A DNA stretch of 64,000 nt from Octopus sinensis (Eukaryota): NCBI RefSeq assembly GCF_006345805.1, contig NC_043009.1, positions 23,374,001-23,438,000 on the forward strand. Reading direction: 5' to 3'. The notes beneath the pieces are model-generated. The model saw only the letters and a program-made list of their open reading frames with translations, made no database searches and was not told where the DNA came from. Shown piece after piece: positions 25,598-40,254 of this stretch. Every line of letters begins with the position of its first letter. Positions within the stretch are counted from its first letter, which is position 1. The translations under genes were made by a program, and so were the position numbers.

Positions 25598-25890
25598 CCG
25601 AACTCTCAGGTTCTGTCTCAGGAACAAAAAAAAAGCCGTCATCTACAATATTTACAGGACTCATCTCCCATTCGTCCAACATAAAGCAACCTACTTATAT
25701 ATATATATATATATATGCACACACACATGTATATATGCATACGCAGATATTTATATATACATAAGCATATATAGGTGCATGTATATATATATGCTTGTTT
25801 TATGTCCAGTAATACTAAAAACGATTTTGCATTAATGTGATGGGTAACTCTATACTTTTTGTATAGAGTACAAATTTATTATTCTTAAAC

Positions 25891-25985
25891 AAGGATATGT
25901 TGATGACAGTGACCTCGAAGTTTTTGGCCAGTCCGACGATGGCTTAGCAGACCAAAACTTCGAGGTCACTTTCAACAATATCCTT
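25891..25985. repeat. ~95-bp hairpin containing a decayed hammerhead
   Basis: Arms aaggatatgttga..agtgacctcgaagtttt / aaaacttcgaggtcact..tcaacaatatcctt. Inside: AGT-CCGACGA..AAAAC ttcga GGTC|ACT, with two core substitutions. Confidence 0.5.
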
Positions 25986-25992
25986 ATATATA

Positions 25993-26028
<36 letters not shown>

Positions 26029-26364
26029 TAAAACATTAAACATTTGGAAACATTTATTTGGGATGAAAAACGTTAGGTAATTCTGGGAGCTGTATAACGC
26101 TGAGCTGCTGTCAAATTCCAGTAAAAAAGAAAAAGGCCAAATCACACTGTGGGGGAAATATTCAGTATATATATATACACACACAACTGTATATAATATA
26201 TATCATAATGATATTTATTCTCCGATTTGAAGCGGCAATTTTTAGTTATAAACAAATGACTGAAAAGTGATGAGCTAACCTCAGGCAGAATCGAACTCAC
26301 AAATCGACGTTTTCATGGCTCCTTGCGAATCTGATCGGCCAAACGCTCACCAATCAATTTCAGT

Positions 26365-26397
<33 letters not shown>

Positions 26398-26409
26398 GTA
26401 TGCATGTAC

Positions 26410-26755
26410 ACGAGCAAAAGGTCCCCCGTCCAATGGACGGTGCTGAGTTGTCAAACATTTAAACCAAATTTTCTCAAAACAACTTGTCTGACCGTCCCAC
26501 ATGACTCTTCTTTGAGAAACACTGATTTAACCTAAATTTGAGACACCAGTAAAAGAAGAAATAAAGATATACTTTTTTTCTATTCCAAAGAAAAACGATT
26601 TCCCACGGCTATATTGATCGAATTCTCACCTGGAATCGACTTATACACGCCCTGATACCGTCGGTATCTACATATCAAATTTGAACGCAATCGGATGGAG
26701 GATGCCCGAGATCCTAGAAGCCACACACACACAGAACGGATTTTATATACGAGAT
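26410..26755 (+). mobile_element. Non-autonomous Helentron/HINE-like element
   Basis: 5' acgagc + hairpin ccgtccaatggacgg; 3' atcaaatttgaacgcaatcgg..(CA)n..ttttatatacgagat. Confidence 0.55.
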
Positions 26756-27229
26756 ATATATAGCTAATATTGGATACAACGATTGAGAGCTCAATCTGGT
26801 ATAAAATGATAACACGTTTATATAGTTAGCAAGAGGTACAGGGTTCGATTTCCACCATTGGATTCGTTGTTTTTTTCCATCTCAAATTAGTGTTTACAAA
26901 TGTTTAATACTGTTATATTAAAATATTAGCTGTTTATAATATATTTACATCATATATCTGTACACACACACAAATAAAAACTAAAGAACATATGTCAATA
27001 TGTTCATACATATATACACACACATAAGAACAGACGGTATTATATAATATATATATATATACAGAGAGAGAGAGGGGGGAGACACACACATACACGTATA
27101 AACATATACATATAACATGTGCATATATATACACATATACATAAGTATGTATATACACACATTATATTGTGACTATGTATGAGTGTAAAAATGATTGCGT
27201 ATGCAAACTTGTTACATTTAAAACAAAAT

Positions 27230-27266
27230 AAAAAACAGTAATATATATATATAACACATATATAAC

Positions 27267-27299
<33 letters not shown>

Positions 27300-27301
27300 A
27301 C

Positions 27302-27365
<64 letters not shown>

Positions 27366-27701
27366 ATATATATAACATATATTACACACATATATATTAT
27401 ATATATGTTACATACATATATATATTACATACATATATATATTAGATACGTATATATATATTAGATACATATATATATTACATACATATATATATATATA
27501 TATATATTAGATACATATATATATTAGATACATATATATATATATTACATACATATATATATATATTACATATATATATATATTACATACATATATATAT
27601 ATTACATACATATATATATTACATACATATATATATATTACATACATATATATATATATTACATACATATATATATTACATATATATATATATATATTAC
27701 A

Positions 27702-27744
<43 letters not shown>

Positions 27745-27838
27745 TACATACATATATATATTACATACATATATATTACATACATATATATATATATTAC
27801 ATACATATATATATATTACATATATATATATATTACAT
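27230..27838. repeat. Compound (AT)n/ATTAC microsatellite
   Basis: Direct reading. Confidence 0.95.
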
Positions 27839-27936
27839 ATATAAAATATTATTAGAGACAAAACCACTATTTTGCAAAACAAACAAGGAAAGACTTAATC
27901 AATACATAAAATTTAATAAATAGTCAAAAAAAACCG

Positions 27937-27979
27937 CCACTACAATTGTTTCTTGTCTTGATCGACAATCTTCAGGTGG
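27937..27979 (-). ncRNA. Minimal type I hammerhead
   Basis: Mirror of 28027-28069. Confidence 0.8.
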
Positions 27980-28026
27980 ACTTCCAATAAGTCAGTTTCA
28001 TAATTTGAAACTGACTTATTGGAAGT

Positions 28027-28069
28027 CCACCTGAAGATTGTCGATCAAGACAAGAAACAATTGTAGTGG
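28027..28069 (+). ncRNA. Minimal type I hammerhead
   Basis: CCAC-CTGAAGA-TTGTC gatcaa GACAA-GAAAC aatt GTA|GTGG. All core nucleotides canonical; palindromic stem III ACAATTGT. Confidence 0.82.
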
Positions 28070-28253
28070 CGGTTTTTTGACTATTTATTAAAATTTTATG
28101 TATTGATTAAGTCTTTCCTTGTTTGTTTTGCAAAATAGTGGTTTTGTCTCTAATAATATTTTATAATATTTTACTATAAAATTGGATTTAATCCTAAATC
28201 TGATTTTTTCCCTGTAAATTTGGATTTATTCCCTAATATTTATTATATTACAT

Positions 28254-28290
<37 letters not shown>

Positions 28291-28997
28291 ATACATATAT
28301 GTATTACATATATATATGGATAAATATACTACATATATATATATACATATATATATACATACATACATATATATATATATACGTAATTACAGTGAAATGG
28401 AATGTGAAAATATTGAAAAGACTCATGAGTTGCCTGTGATTAATGAAAGACAGAACAGAATGATGGACACTCATCATTCTTTACTCCACCTCATTAGCAT
28501 CAATGTTGTTTTGTCATTATAATTATGATTATCACCCCTGATTGTATAAAAGTACAATATCTTTAAATAATAAACCAAATCTTTGCAATACAGGCTGATG
28601 TCCACCATCTTGTGATTATGTACGTGTGTGGAAAACGTGTGTGTGTGTGTGTGTGTGTGTGTAGGTTTGTTTTAAAACAAAAAAAGGACATTAAAATAAG
28701 TAGACAGACAGGTATACAAATAGATAGATAGATAGACAAACAAATAGATATTAAAAACTGATATGTAGATAGATAGATTCACATATGTAGACGTTCTAGA
28801 GTTTTTGAAAGAGGAAGAGGTGTATGTGTATGCATGCATATGCATATATGTGTGTGTGTGTACCCACGCATATATTTGTAACGAGTGTGAAAGAGAAAGA
28901 CGAAGAGAGGGAGGAAAATAATAGATTGAGAGATATAGAAGGAATGAAAAAGATACAAGAAAGACTGCATGTAGAGGTAGGAATGAATTGTGAGATG

Positions 28998-29037
<40 letters not shown>

Positions 29038-30055
29038 AAGAGTAACACAAAAAGAATTTGTACAAACGTTTTAGGTTTCCTGAAAATTGGTAAAGCAATC
29101 AATAATATTTTCGTCTTACTAATTTACTTTCAACAGGCTTCAATTACTTCCTTCTTTCACACTATTCAATTATTTGTTTTTTATTAAAAAAATTTTTTTT
29201 CGTTATTTAATATTTATTTTTTTAATTAATTTTTTTTTTCCAATTTACTTGTCTTTGCGGGTGAAGGTGTTGTGTTCGAAATAAGCTGGGTGGCTGGGTT
29301 GCGATGAGGCGATTGGGCGCAGCTGACCGGTCAAGACAATGTTTTAGTGACAGAAGCGAATACACAGATACAGACACACACATGCAGGAATATACATATA
29401 CAGATGGGATGAGAAAGGAAGAGAGTGAGACATCACAATTTATTAAGTGAACACTTTTCTTCTCATATACATAGAAAGAAACACAGAAGGAAAGGGAAGG
29501 AGAGAGAGAGAGAAAAAGAAGGATTACAATTTGTTAGACTGAAATAAACACTTTCCTTCTCATACACATAGAGAGAGATAGAGACAGAGAGAGGAAGACA
29601 GAAACAAAAAAGAGAGGGAGAGAGACAGAGAGAAAACGAGAGAAGCATTAAGACGAGGGAAACATTAAAATGTCTGATGTCAAATAAGTCAGCATCGAAT
29701 TAGCGACGCCAAATAAGCAGTGCCTTAACAACTGTGCCAAAACGTCTCATACCCTTTTTCGGTTTAGCTGCATTTTTATATACAAGGCAATGAAAAACAA
29801 GAGGCAGTAGCAGCAACAACAACAATAACAATTAAAGGCAGCCATATTGAATGAAAGAAAGGAACAAAGGAATTAGGTTTCTTTTCTGCTGTTTTTTTTT
29901 TTGTTTTTTCATGAAAATAAATATTTTAAAAAATATATAAAAATTAATCTAAATAAAGACGCACTCATAAAGTGCACAATATATTCAAAAAGAATGAAAA
30001 ATGGAGCAATTGGTCTGATGTCCCTTCAATATATATAAGTAATTATATATATATA

Positions 30056-30266
30056 CGAGGGGTGCTGAAAAATTCCTGGCTTCAAAGTTGTCACAAAAGG
30101 CCTAACTGGAGGCCCTACCTTCCGTGTTCTTTTATAGGGCTTAGAAAAACTGAAGGTTTGCTGCAATAAGTGTATGAATCTGAGAAGGGAATATGTTGAA
30201 TAAAATCATAATTAACAGATCCTATTTTCTTTTACGAAAAGCCAAGAACTTTTCAACACTCCCTTG
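30056..30266 (+). mobile_element. Mariner-derived MITE
   Basis: TIR cgaggggtgctgaaaaattcctggctt..aagccaagaacttttcaacactcccttg, TA TSD; internal GLEKLKVCCNKCMNLRREYVE* resembles the mariner C-terminus. Confidence 0.8.
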
Positions 30267-30934
30267 TATAATTATATATATTCTATATATAATTATACTT
30301 ATATATCATTTATATTGTATGTTTATTATATATAATGCAATATGTGTGTGTGTCTACGTGTACGATGTAAGTTTGCATGTGTATGCGTATTTATACGCAT
30401 GCTAGTCTTAGAGATATGCATGTTCCATGTTCGATTCTAGATCAGTGTTCATTTAAAACGAAAAAGAAAAACAGAAAATAAATTAAATTAAACAAACAAC
30501 AAAACTTCATGCATCAGTAGAAGAGCAGAAGAGTAGGAGGAGGGACGGAAGGCTGTGAGGGAGAAGAGGGCAAAATGATAATAATCTCATGGGTTGGGGC
30601 AGACAGCAGTGGTAGTGGTGGTGGTGGTTGTAATGATGTTGCTGATAGAGGTTGTGGTAATATCAGTAGTTGCTGTAATGATAGCGGTCGAGTGGATGGT
30701 ATCGGCGGTGGTGTGACACCATAACGGGTACTGGTGTGGATGATAACATAGTGTTGGCGGTAGTGATGATGACAGCATAGTATAGGTGGTAGTACAATGC
30801 TATAAGCATTGCCGACAATGCACGAACACAATGGGCAGTTGCCTGGAAGGTGGGGTAACTCCCACACAAACACCAGGTCTAAGGGCTCAACGATAATCTA
30901 TGTAACTATGGCTTGCCGTCAAATATTCTTTTCT

Positions 30935-31527
30935 ACTCTAGGCACAAAGCCCGAAATTTTGGGGAGGGGGTCAGTCGATTAGATCGACTCCCAGTATGCA
31001 ACTGGTACTTAATTTATCGACCCCGAAAGGATGAAAGGCAAAGTCAATCTCGGCAGAATTTGAAATCAGAACGTAAAGACAGACGAAATACCGCTGAGCA
31101 CTTCGCCCGGCGTGCTAATGTTTCTTATTTCTTTATTGCCCACAAGGGGCTAAACATAGAGGGGACAAACAAGGGATTAAGTCGATTAGATCGACCCCAG
31201 TGCGTAACTGGAACTTAATTTATCGACCCCGAAAGAATGAAAGGCAAAGTCGACCTCGGCGGAATTTGAACTCAGAACGTAACAGCAGACGAAATATCTA
31301 TTTCTTTACTACCCACAAGAGGTTAAACACAGAGAGGATAAACAAGGACAGACAAACGGATTAAGTCGGTTATATCGATCCCAGTGCGTAACTGGTACTT
31401 ATTTAATCGACCCCGAAAGTGTGAAAGGCAAAGTCGACCTCGGCGGAATTTGAACTCAGAACGTGGCGGCAGACGAAATACCGCTAAGCATTTCGCCCGG
31501 CGTGCTAACGTTTCTGCCAGCTCGCTG
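30935..31527 (-). mobile_element. Three tandem/nested young SINE copies (Nin/Deu-like core family)
   Basis: Repeated ..ctggtacttaatttatcgaccccgaaaggatgaaaggcaaagtcgacctcggcggaatttgaactcagaacgt.. Confidence 0.85.
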
Positions 31528-32581
31528 CTTTTTGTCCTACTTCTAATAGGTCAAGTCAGTAATGGTGTTATAAATTTAGCACCAAGTCTACACTGATCAA
31601 GCAATCATAAGATTAGAGTTATTCCGACCATAACCATCCCATCTTTTAAAGACACTCCATTTTAAACTACATTATTCAAAGAGTCATTCCTTTAATTTTT
31701 CAAAACTGATAAGGTGCTATTTCAGCAGAATTTGGTCGTTATTTTCAGTATGTTGTGTAAGTACTTAAAGGCTCCATCTCTCACTGACTTGTCGATAATT
31801 TTTATTGTTTCGCTTCAGGTCAACCCAGAGAAACAGCAAGGCCAAAATAAAACTTCTTTTTTAAGCCCTGGCAAGAGGGTGGGATACATCCTCAAAAGCC
31901 AAGGGATAGGTGTTACTTTTTCATTTAGTTTTTTTTTTGAAGTGAGTTCAACAAATACTCATGAGCCCTTGTTTGGCCTCTGGACCAATGTACCAGCTTA
32001 ACACCCACCCTCTTTTTTTATATTTACTTAGCCAGAGAGCAAGAGCAATATTCATATTTATCAGGGCTTCTATGACTGGTGAAAGAGAGGGAAGATGGAA
32101 AGTACCCTAAATTTAGAGACATGGTCTGAATGGTTGTAACAGGGTACAATCCCTCCACAAAGAGCACCCACGGTACCAAGTGTCGGCATTAAACTAAGCG
32201 AGGTCATTATCATATTAAGATTCACTTTTCTATGATCTCATGTTTCAGACAGAATTCATTGAAGCATTTTTTTACAGTCTGATGCCCTTCTTGTTGCTGA
32301 CCCTCTCTTGTTTCCTAGCAACATAATATTCGCCCTCGACTGGACATGGTTTTCAAGGAAGATTGATAATGAACGATACCACTTGTATGATGGTGACATT
32401 TACAAATACCATGTAATGCCAGGACAAAGACACACAAACGCATATGCATATATATATATACACACACACATATTATATATACTCATATATCATATATACG
32501 TATATATATAAATATCATATCAAAAATACGTATATATATATATATTATATATATACATACATACATATTATATATACATAC

Positions 32582-32614
<33 letters not shown>

Positions 32615-33940
32615 CATACACACACACATAAATGTTTATGTAATTCTGCATATTTCTGGGCATGGCTTCTCAACCTCAAACCATATTACATTTGATATGT
32701 ATATATTCATACACACAAATAGTCATATTATACATATACGATGGTCTCTCAGGTTCTGTGAATCAAATCTACTCACAAAATTTGGGTTGGCCTGGGTGGA
32801 GAGCAGAAAACACTTGCCCAACGGTGTCGTACATTGGGATTGAACTTGAAACCACATGGTTGGAAAGCAAACTTCTTAAACCACACGACCATGCCTGTAC
32901 ATATGTAAAACAAGGAATGTAATGTAAAATTTAGGATGAAGATGTGTAGAGGGGGGGACACAAAAGATGCTTTCAAAAGTCAAATAAATTTTTTTTAAAA
33001 AGCAATAAAAAATTAAAAATAAACAAAACAAAAACACACTGAAATATAGGACAAAAACTTTCAGTAAAAAATGAGAAAAATTAAATTATCTTACTGTAAG
33101 CTTCTTTTTTTTATTTATTTACTTTTTTAATATTTTATATTTTTTGTTTTTTTTTTTTCATAATCATCACCATCGTTATCATCATCACAATTAATGTCCT
33201 CATTAATTAATATTGCATCACATTATCACTATCGTCATCATCATCATCACCATTATCATCACAAAATTCATCACTTAAAGTAAACGTGCATACGTTAAGT
33301 ATGTATGTATATATATATGTGTATTGTTAAATATGTGTAGATATATACATTTACATGCACACATGTACATATATATACACAGAAAAAAACACACACACAT
33401 TATCACTACCATCTTTTTACGTCCATTTTTCAATTTGGGCATGGTTTGGGTGGATTGTCACAAACCAAGTCAGTTGTACATGCACATGTATATATATGCG
33501 TGCGTGCATGTATGTGTGTGGTATACTTCAGCAAACTGAAATCGTCATTCAATGAAACCGCTATGAACTCAGTATAATAATACTTGCAAACCACAGCTTT
33601 CATCATATACACACATAAATATATGCATTGATGTACACAAGGTTGTGTGTGAGTTGCATTTAAGGATGTATGCATGTACGAATAACAAAACTTTCAGTAC
33701 CTATGAATAAATAAATAAACTAAAAAATAATTCTATCGTTTCTTCTGACTAATCTTATTATTATTATTAGCATTATTACCAATACATAGATATATATATA
33801 TATACACATACACACATATATATATATAAATTGACAGAATGAGATAAAAAAATCCAAGGCTGTAAATAATTTTCAGAATATTTATAAATGTTCTGAAAAC
33901 TATTTACAGCGTTGGATTTTTTTTTAATCTCATTCTGTGA

Positions 33941-33975
<35 letters not shown>

Positions 33976-34112
33976 TGCTAATACATGACCCACGTTGGGC
34001 TCCTCACTCGTATCATTATCGAACCTGGAGCTTTACCATGGTCCATCCATAGCACTTACTAAGAGTTACCCAACACGTTTTAAGTCTTCTTGATACTAAT
34101 ACCTCTCATAAC

Positions 34113-34142
34113 CTATATATATATATACATATACATATATAT

Positions 34143-34197
<55 letters not shown>

Positions 34198-34200
34198 CAT

Positions 34201-34231
<31 letters not shown>

Positions 34232-34268
34232 AATATATATAATAATATATATATATATACATATATAA

Positions 34269-34318
<50 letters not shown>

Positions 34319-34506
34319 TAAATATATATATACATATATATATACATATATATACATATATATATACATATATATATATACATATATATATACATATATA
34401 TATATATACATATATATACATATATATATATATACATATATACATATATATATATACATATATATATATACATATATACATATATATATATCATATATAT
34501 ATATAC

Positions 34507-34575
<69 letters not shown>

Positions 34576-34650
34576 CATATATATATATATACATATATAT
34601 ATATACATATATATATATACATATATATATATATACATATATATATATAC

Positions 34651-34695
<45 letters not shown>

Positions 34696-34718
34696 TATAT
34701 ACACATATATATATATAC

Positions 34719-34773
<55 letters not shown>

Positions 34774-34800
34774 CATATATATATACATATATATATATAC

Positions 34801-34831
<31 letters not shown>

Positions 34832-35335
34832 CATATATATATATACATATATATACATATATATATATATACATATATATATATACATATATATATATAT
34901 ACATATATATATATACATATATATACACATATATATATACATATATATATACTTATATATACATATATATATATACATATATATATATATACATATATAT
35001 CTATACATATACATATATACATATATATACATATATATATATACTTATATATACATATATATATATACATATATATATATATACATATATATCTATACAT
35101 ATACATATATACATATATATATACATATATATATATACATATATATATATATACATATATATCTATACATATATATCTATACATATACATATATACATAT
35201 ATATATATACATATATATACATATATATACACATATATATATATATATATATTACACATATACATATATATATATAATACACACACACACACACATATAT
35301 ATACATACATATATATATATATATATACACACACG
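34113..35335. repeat. 1.2-kb (AT)nAC microsatellite
   Basis: Direct reading; source of the spurious YI-rich ORFs. Confidence 0.95.
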
Positions 35336-35432
35336 TGTATATAAAAGATTTGGTAGTTTTTAATGAGTGTTTAAATTCTTTTACTTTATATATATACATT
35401 TTTCATACATATGAAAATGTACACACATACTT

Positions 35433-35479
<47 letters not shown>

Positions 35480-37041
35480 TTTGTATATTTTTTGTTTTTT
35501 TGTTTTTGCAATTTACTGATTTACTGTCCTTTGCACATATTACAAAATAAAACATCAACAAACACACAAAACAAATAAAAAGATATTACCACATAAATTG
35601 TCGAGAAATCTCTCCCTCACCGCGATTCACACACACACAAGAATAACCGCAAATAAACATGTTAACATGAAATAAATAAAAAATATTAAATTTTTAAATT
35701 AATACAATTTTGGAACAGAAAGACAATAAAAAAATTTAAGATAAAAAAAATTTAAATCCAACAAATTAAAGAAAAAAATATACAAAGAATAAGTTTATGA
35801 AAAAAAACAATAAAAAAATAAAAACAAAAAAAACACATATATCAATACTGAATACTTATGTGGATAATCTTAATGCCTTTTTGTTTTGTATTTTTGTGTT
35901 TTTTTTTATTAATAGTAATCCTTTGTATTATAGACACAGGGCCTGATATTTGAGGGGAGGGGGATTAGTTGATTAAATTAGTCCCAGTACTTGACTGGCA
36001 CTTTATTTTACCGACCTCGGAAGGATGAAGGGCAGAGTTTGACTGTTTCTGCAGGGGTGGAGGTGGGGGAATTAGATGGGGTGGGGCTGGGAAGTATTTC
36101 TTTTATATCACTTTTTTTTTATTTGTCATAGTTTTTATATTGTTCCCCCTCATCTTTTGCCCTGGGGGCAAATAAATGAAATCATTATCCTCATTATTAT
36201 TATTATGGTTTTTGATTTAGGTACAAAGCCAGCAATTATGGTAGCGGTGGGGTGGGGGTTAAGACAACGCTATTGACTCCTGTTCTTGAATAGTACTTCA
36301 TTTTATTGATATTGAAAGGATGAAAGGGCAAACCTAACTTTGGTAGGATTTGAACTCGGAGCATAAAGTTCAAATGCCATTGACGTTAACTTTGTCTTCA
36401 CCACAAATGGAGTTGAGAAGTACTGGAACCAACGGTATAGGCCCTAATACTTGATGAACTGTGATATGCTCAAAAATTGCAACTGCTTCCCTCAAAATTA
36501 TTGGGCTTGTGTCCATGTTAGAAACCATCATTATTATTATTATTACCATCATCATAGTTTATTTCCTTGTTGTTGTTGTTAAGACTGTGTACCCAGACAA
36601 TTGACAACATATGTTCCATGACTACATCATGTATGTGTATGTACAGATATATCTCTCACACACAAGGACATCTCATTCACGCACATTCATGCAACTGCAA
36701 TAAAAAAATGGCTTCACACTGCCAAGAAACACTAAGCCTTCACCAAGTAACCCATTACTTGCCCTTCTGTCCTCTCAGTCACGGTTCTCCTTCTGTTTGG
36801 TCCAAATGCATGTACACAAGTCCAGCACTGTCCTAGACCTTGCTGTGACAAATAATTCCAAAATGTAAAGAAATTTGTATAGTCTTGTGATGGCATCAAT
36901 AATCAAAAATCACTGCATATCATTCTGTACAAAGTGGATCTAATTGTACTTACTGCAGTTTAATCAGCCAATAGAACTCCTCTAACAACTTAAATATCGA
37001 CCTCAAAGTTTCAGAAATACTTGAGGTTATCCCACATGGCA

Positions 37042-37412
37042 CTCTGTCTGTTACGACAATGAGGGTTCCAGTTGATCATATCAATGGAATAGCCTGCTTA
37101 TGAAATTAACGTGCAAGTGGCTGAGCACTCCACAGACATGTGTACCCTTAACGTAGTTCTTGGGGAGATTCAGCATGACACAGAGTGTGACAAGGCTGGC
37201 CCCTTTGAAATACAGGTACAACAGAAGCAGGAAGAAAGAGAAAGTTGTGGTGAAAGAGTACAGCAGGGGTCACCACTACGCCCTGGTGGAGGCTCATGGA
37301 GTTTTAGGTGGTTTTGCTCAATAAACACTCACAACGCCTGGTCTGGGAATCGAAACTGCGATCCTATGACCGCGAGTCTGCTGCCCTAACCATTGGGCTA
37401 TTGTGCCTCCAC
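37042..37412 (-). mobile_element. tRNA-derived SINE with Ceph-like 3' domain
   Basis: Head homologous to the 2445 SINE; 3' part cacttgcacgttaatttcataagcaggct..gatcaactggaaccctc. Confidence 0.65.
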
Positions 37413-37739
37413 TGAAGTTATAATAGAGTATTCAAAGTCGTTTGATATAACAATTGCAAGAGCCAATGAGAGAATAACCCCTACACTGATAGTTAGGATA
37501 ACGAAGCACCTGGTAACACCTGCCATTACAGTTAATGCAAAAGTAAGGTCACATAAGTCAGTGAATGGAAATTTATTGGTAATTTATAGACTTGACAAAA
37601 TAAACACAAGTGGTTCTTCAGAATACAAACAAAACCTCATTGAAAGATAATAACATTCTTCTCTTTGAGCTCTTAGAGCTGTCCACTACTGGTTAAAAAA
37701 TTTTAGCAGCTTTACCAAATCAATATTCTTTTTTGTTTT

Positions 37740-38430
37740 TTTGGAGTGAACAATCCAGAATTTCCACAAAGGGAAGTTGTGGCTATTTATGATATGTTTT
37801 GGTTAAAATTTAAACACTCTCGGTTGTCAATGCATATATTTAAGGTGGAAACAATGTATGAAAAGTGTGAGGATTTATCTGTCTTACCCTTTTATTATGA
37901 AAAGTTTGGGGTAAAACTTGAACCTGCACTAGTCTATTTCAAATTGGCTCAGGATTTAGAAAAAGCCACAGTAGCCAATCAGGAAAGAGATCATTTTAGA
38001 GAACAATGTGAAGTCACCATTTTCCACCAAATCAGTTAAATATCTATCAATCATGTTCTGTTGGTTTGCTCCTTCTCACATGATCAATCCTAAAAACTCT
38101 TTTGTTACCAACTTGCCTGAGACCACACTTGGTTCTATGATAAAAACTTCCTATCAAAATTCCTTGCTAATTTATCTTTCAAACATCAGCTTAATAATGA
38201 AAAAAAAAGTTAATTTACTAAATTCATTATTTTCAAAATTGATCGAAATAATGGCAGTATTTATCAACAGAAACATGGCAATGAAAGGGACAAAGCTCTA
38301 TCTATCTACTTTCAAGATGCTGTTCATTGAAATGGCAGCTGAGATATTAGCATCATATGTTGGACAAGTATTTCTTACACATGGACAATTATTTGGAGGT
38401 GATTCAAATGTAGACAATGATGATGATAAC
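37740..38430 (+). pseudogene. Possible ancient transposase relic (hAT-like C-terminus?)
   Basis: Coding-like composition and weak similarity of M...KL..F.ML.IE.A..L to the hAT dimerisation region; no diagnostic motif intact. Confidence 0.2.
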
Positions 38431-39861
38431 TGATAGAAGAATTCTGGATCACTTCAACCTTCAGCAGATGAAAAACTTCCTTCTACCAGAGACACAGAAA
38501 AACTCTTTGACTTTATTAAGATTAAAGAAAGAAAATATTTTGATATTTTGCAGGTGAGGACATCAGAAATCGATAAGCAATTTTTCAGCCTGACCAAACA
38601 AGGAAGTATTCTATTATTGCTTATGAGATTATGACTGCCAATCTTCCAGAGGATTAAGCTTGCTTAACTTGTTGAAGTTAATGCTCTGGATTAAATAATA
38701 TTTTATATCACAAGCTTGAACAACAAAGCCAAAGTACCAGAGATTTTATAACTGAGAGACATGCATCAACTGGGGGGGGGGGGGGATCAAACTAAACTAA
38801 CTTTAGAAAAAAGGAAAATGAGAAAAGGTTGTGACATTCGTGTCATTTACAAAACCATTAGCTGTATAAATTAAGAGGAAGAGGCGCAAACTGAAAATGA
38901 GTTGTGACTTGGTTTTCCAGGTGATTTCTTCCTCTCTTATTTGCATACGAGCACACACATTATAAAATACATACATACACATTTGTTTAATGTCTGTCTT
39001 TTCTCATGCTAGCATGGGTTGGGTAGGGACTACTTTAGACGCTTTACAGCCTGTTACCCTTCCTCTGTCTGTCTGTCCATACACATACACACATACTTGC
39101 ACATATATTACAAAGAGAAAGAGAGAAAAGACATAAATACAAGAATGCATGAAGATCTATCTATCTATCTATCCGTCTGTCTGTCTGTCTATCTATCTAT
39201 CCGTCTGTCTATCTATCTGTCTGTCTGTCTATCTATCTGTCTGTCTATCTATCTATTTATCTATCTCTACACATACACACACAAACTTGTTTCTGTATCC
39301 TGACACCAAAATAATAACAATGGTTTCCAATTCAGGCACAAAGCCAGCAATTTTTTGAAGAGAAGGGCTAATTCTATACCACTGATTCCAGTAGTCGAAC
39401 AGTACTTTATTTTATTGACCTTAGAGGGATAAAAGACAAAAATTATTCCCAGTGGGATTTGAGAGTACAAAATGTAAAGAGTTGGAATGAAAGCAGCAAA
39501 ACATTTGACAAATGTTTTAATGATTCTGTCACCCAATCACTCGAAACAATGAGAGTAATGATGGTTTCAAATTTTGGCCCAAGGCCAGCAATTTTGGGGG
39601 AGGGCATAAGTTGATTGCATCTTAACAATGATAATAATAATAGTCCTTTCTACAATTGGCACAAGGCCTAAAATTTGAGGGGAGGGGATTAGTCAATTAC
39701 ATTGACCCCCAGTATGTAATTGGTACTTATTTTTGTTGACCCTGAAAGGATGAAAGGCAAAGTCAACCTTGGCGGAATTTGAACTCAGAACATGAAGACG
39801 GACGAAATGTTGTTAAGCATTTTGCCTGGCTTGCTAATGATTCTGCCAGATCACCATCTTG

Positions 39862-39893
<32 letters not shown>

Positions 39894-40200
39894 CGTAATA
39901 ACAGTGTCACAGTATCATGCATATTTGTACATGTGTGTGTGGTGAGTGTGTGGCGGGTGGAGGGGGCATACAGTTGAGTGAATGGATCACAGTACATACA
40001 TAACTGGTATTTGATTGATCAACCACCTTGCTCCTGCCCCCATTGCTCTGAAGGATGAAAAGCAAAATCAATACCCCCACCGTCGCTGCCACCACCACTA
40101 CCTGGATTGGATTTGAAGACAGGAACACAGACAAAGGCATTTAGTCCAGTGGTCTACTATTTTTGATAATTCACTGTCCTAAATAACAACAACAACAAAA

Positions 40201-40254
<54 letters not shown>

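Larger units (their letters stand above)
27839..28250. mobile_element. Palindromic double-hammerhead element in (TA)n
   Basis: 27839-28000 is the reverse complement of 28006-28165 around a 5-nt loop; the right arm continues ~85 bp to (TA)n. Confidence 0.88.

Noticed and set aside
29240-29860. Possible promoter (CpG patch, YY1-like ggcagccatattg)
   Set aside because: Only short motifs, with no linked exon; too weak to call.
33985-34010. HHR-like GTGAGGA GCCCA acg TGGGT CATGTA (minus)
   Set aside because: C3 is altered and the GAAA strand is missing; insufficient evidence.
34096-35334. 412-aa and 308-aa ORFs (also 45457-46804, 20705-21063, 27040-27882 and others)
   Set aside because: Translations of (AT)n/(ATAC)n microsatellites (YI/MY repeats); not genes.
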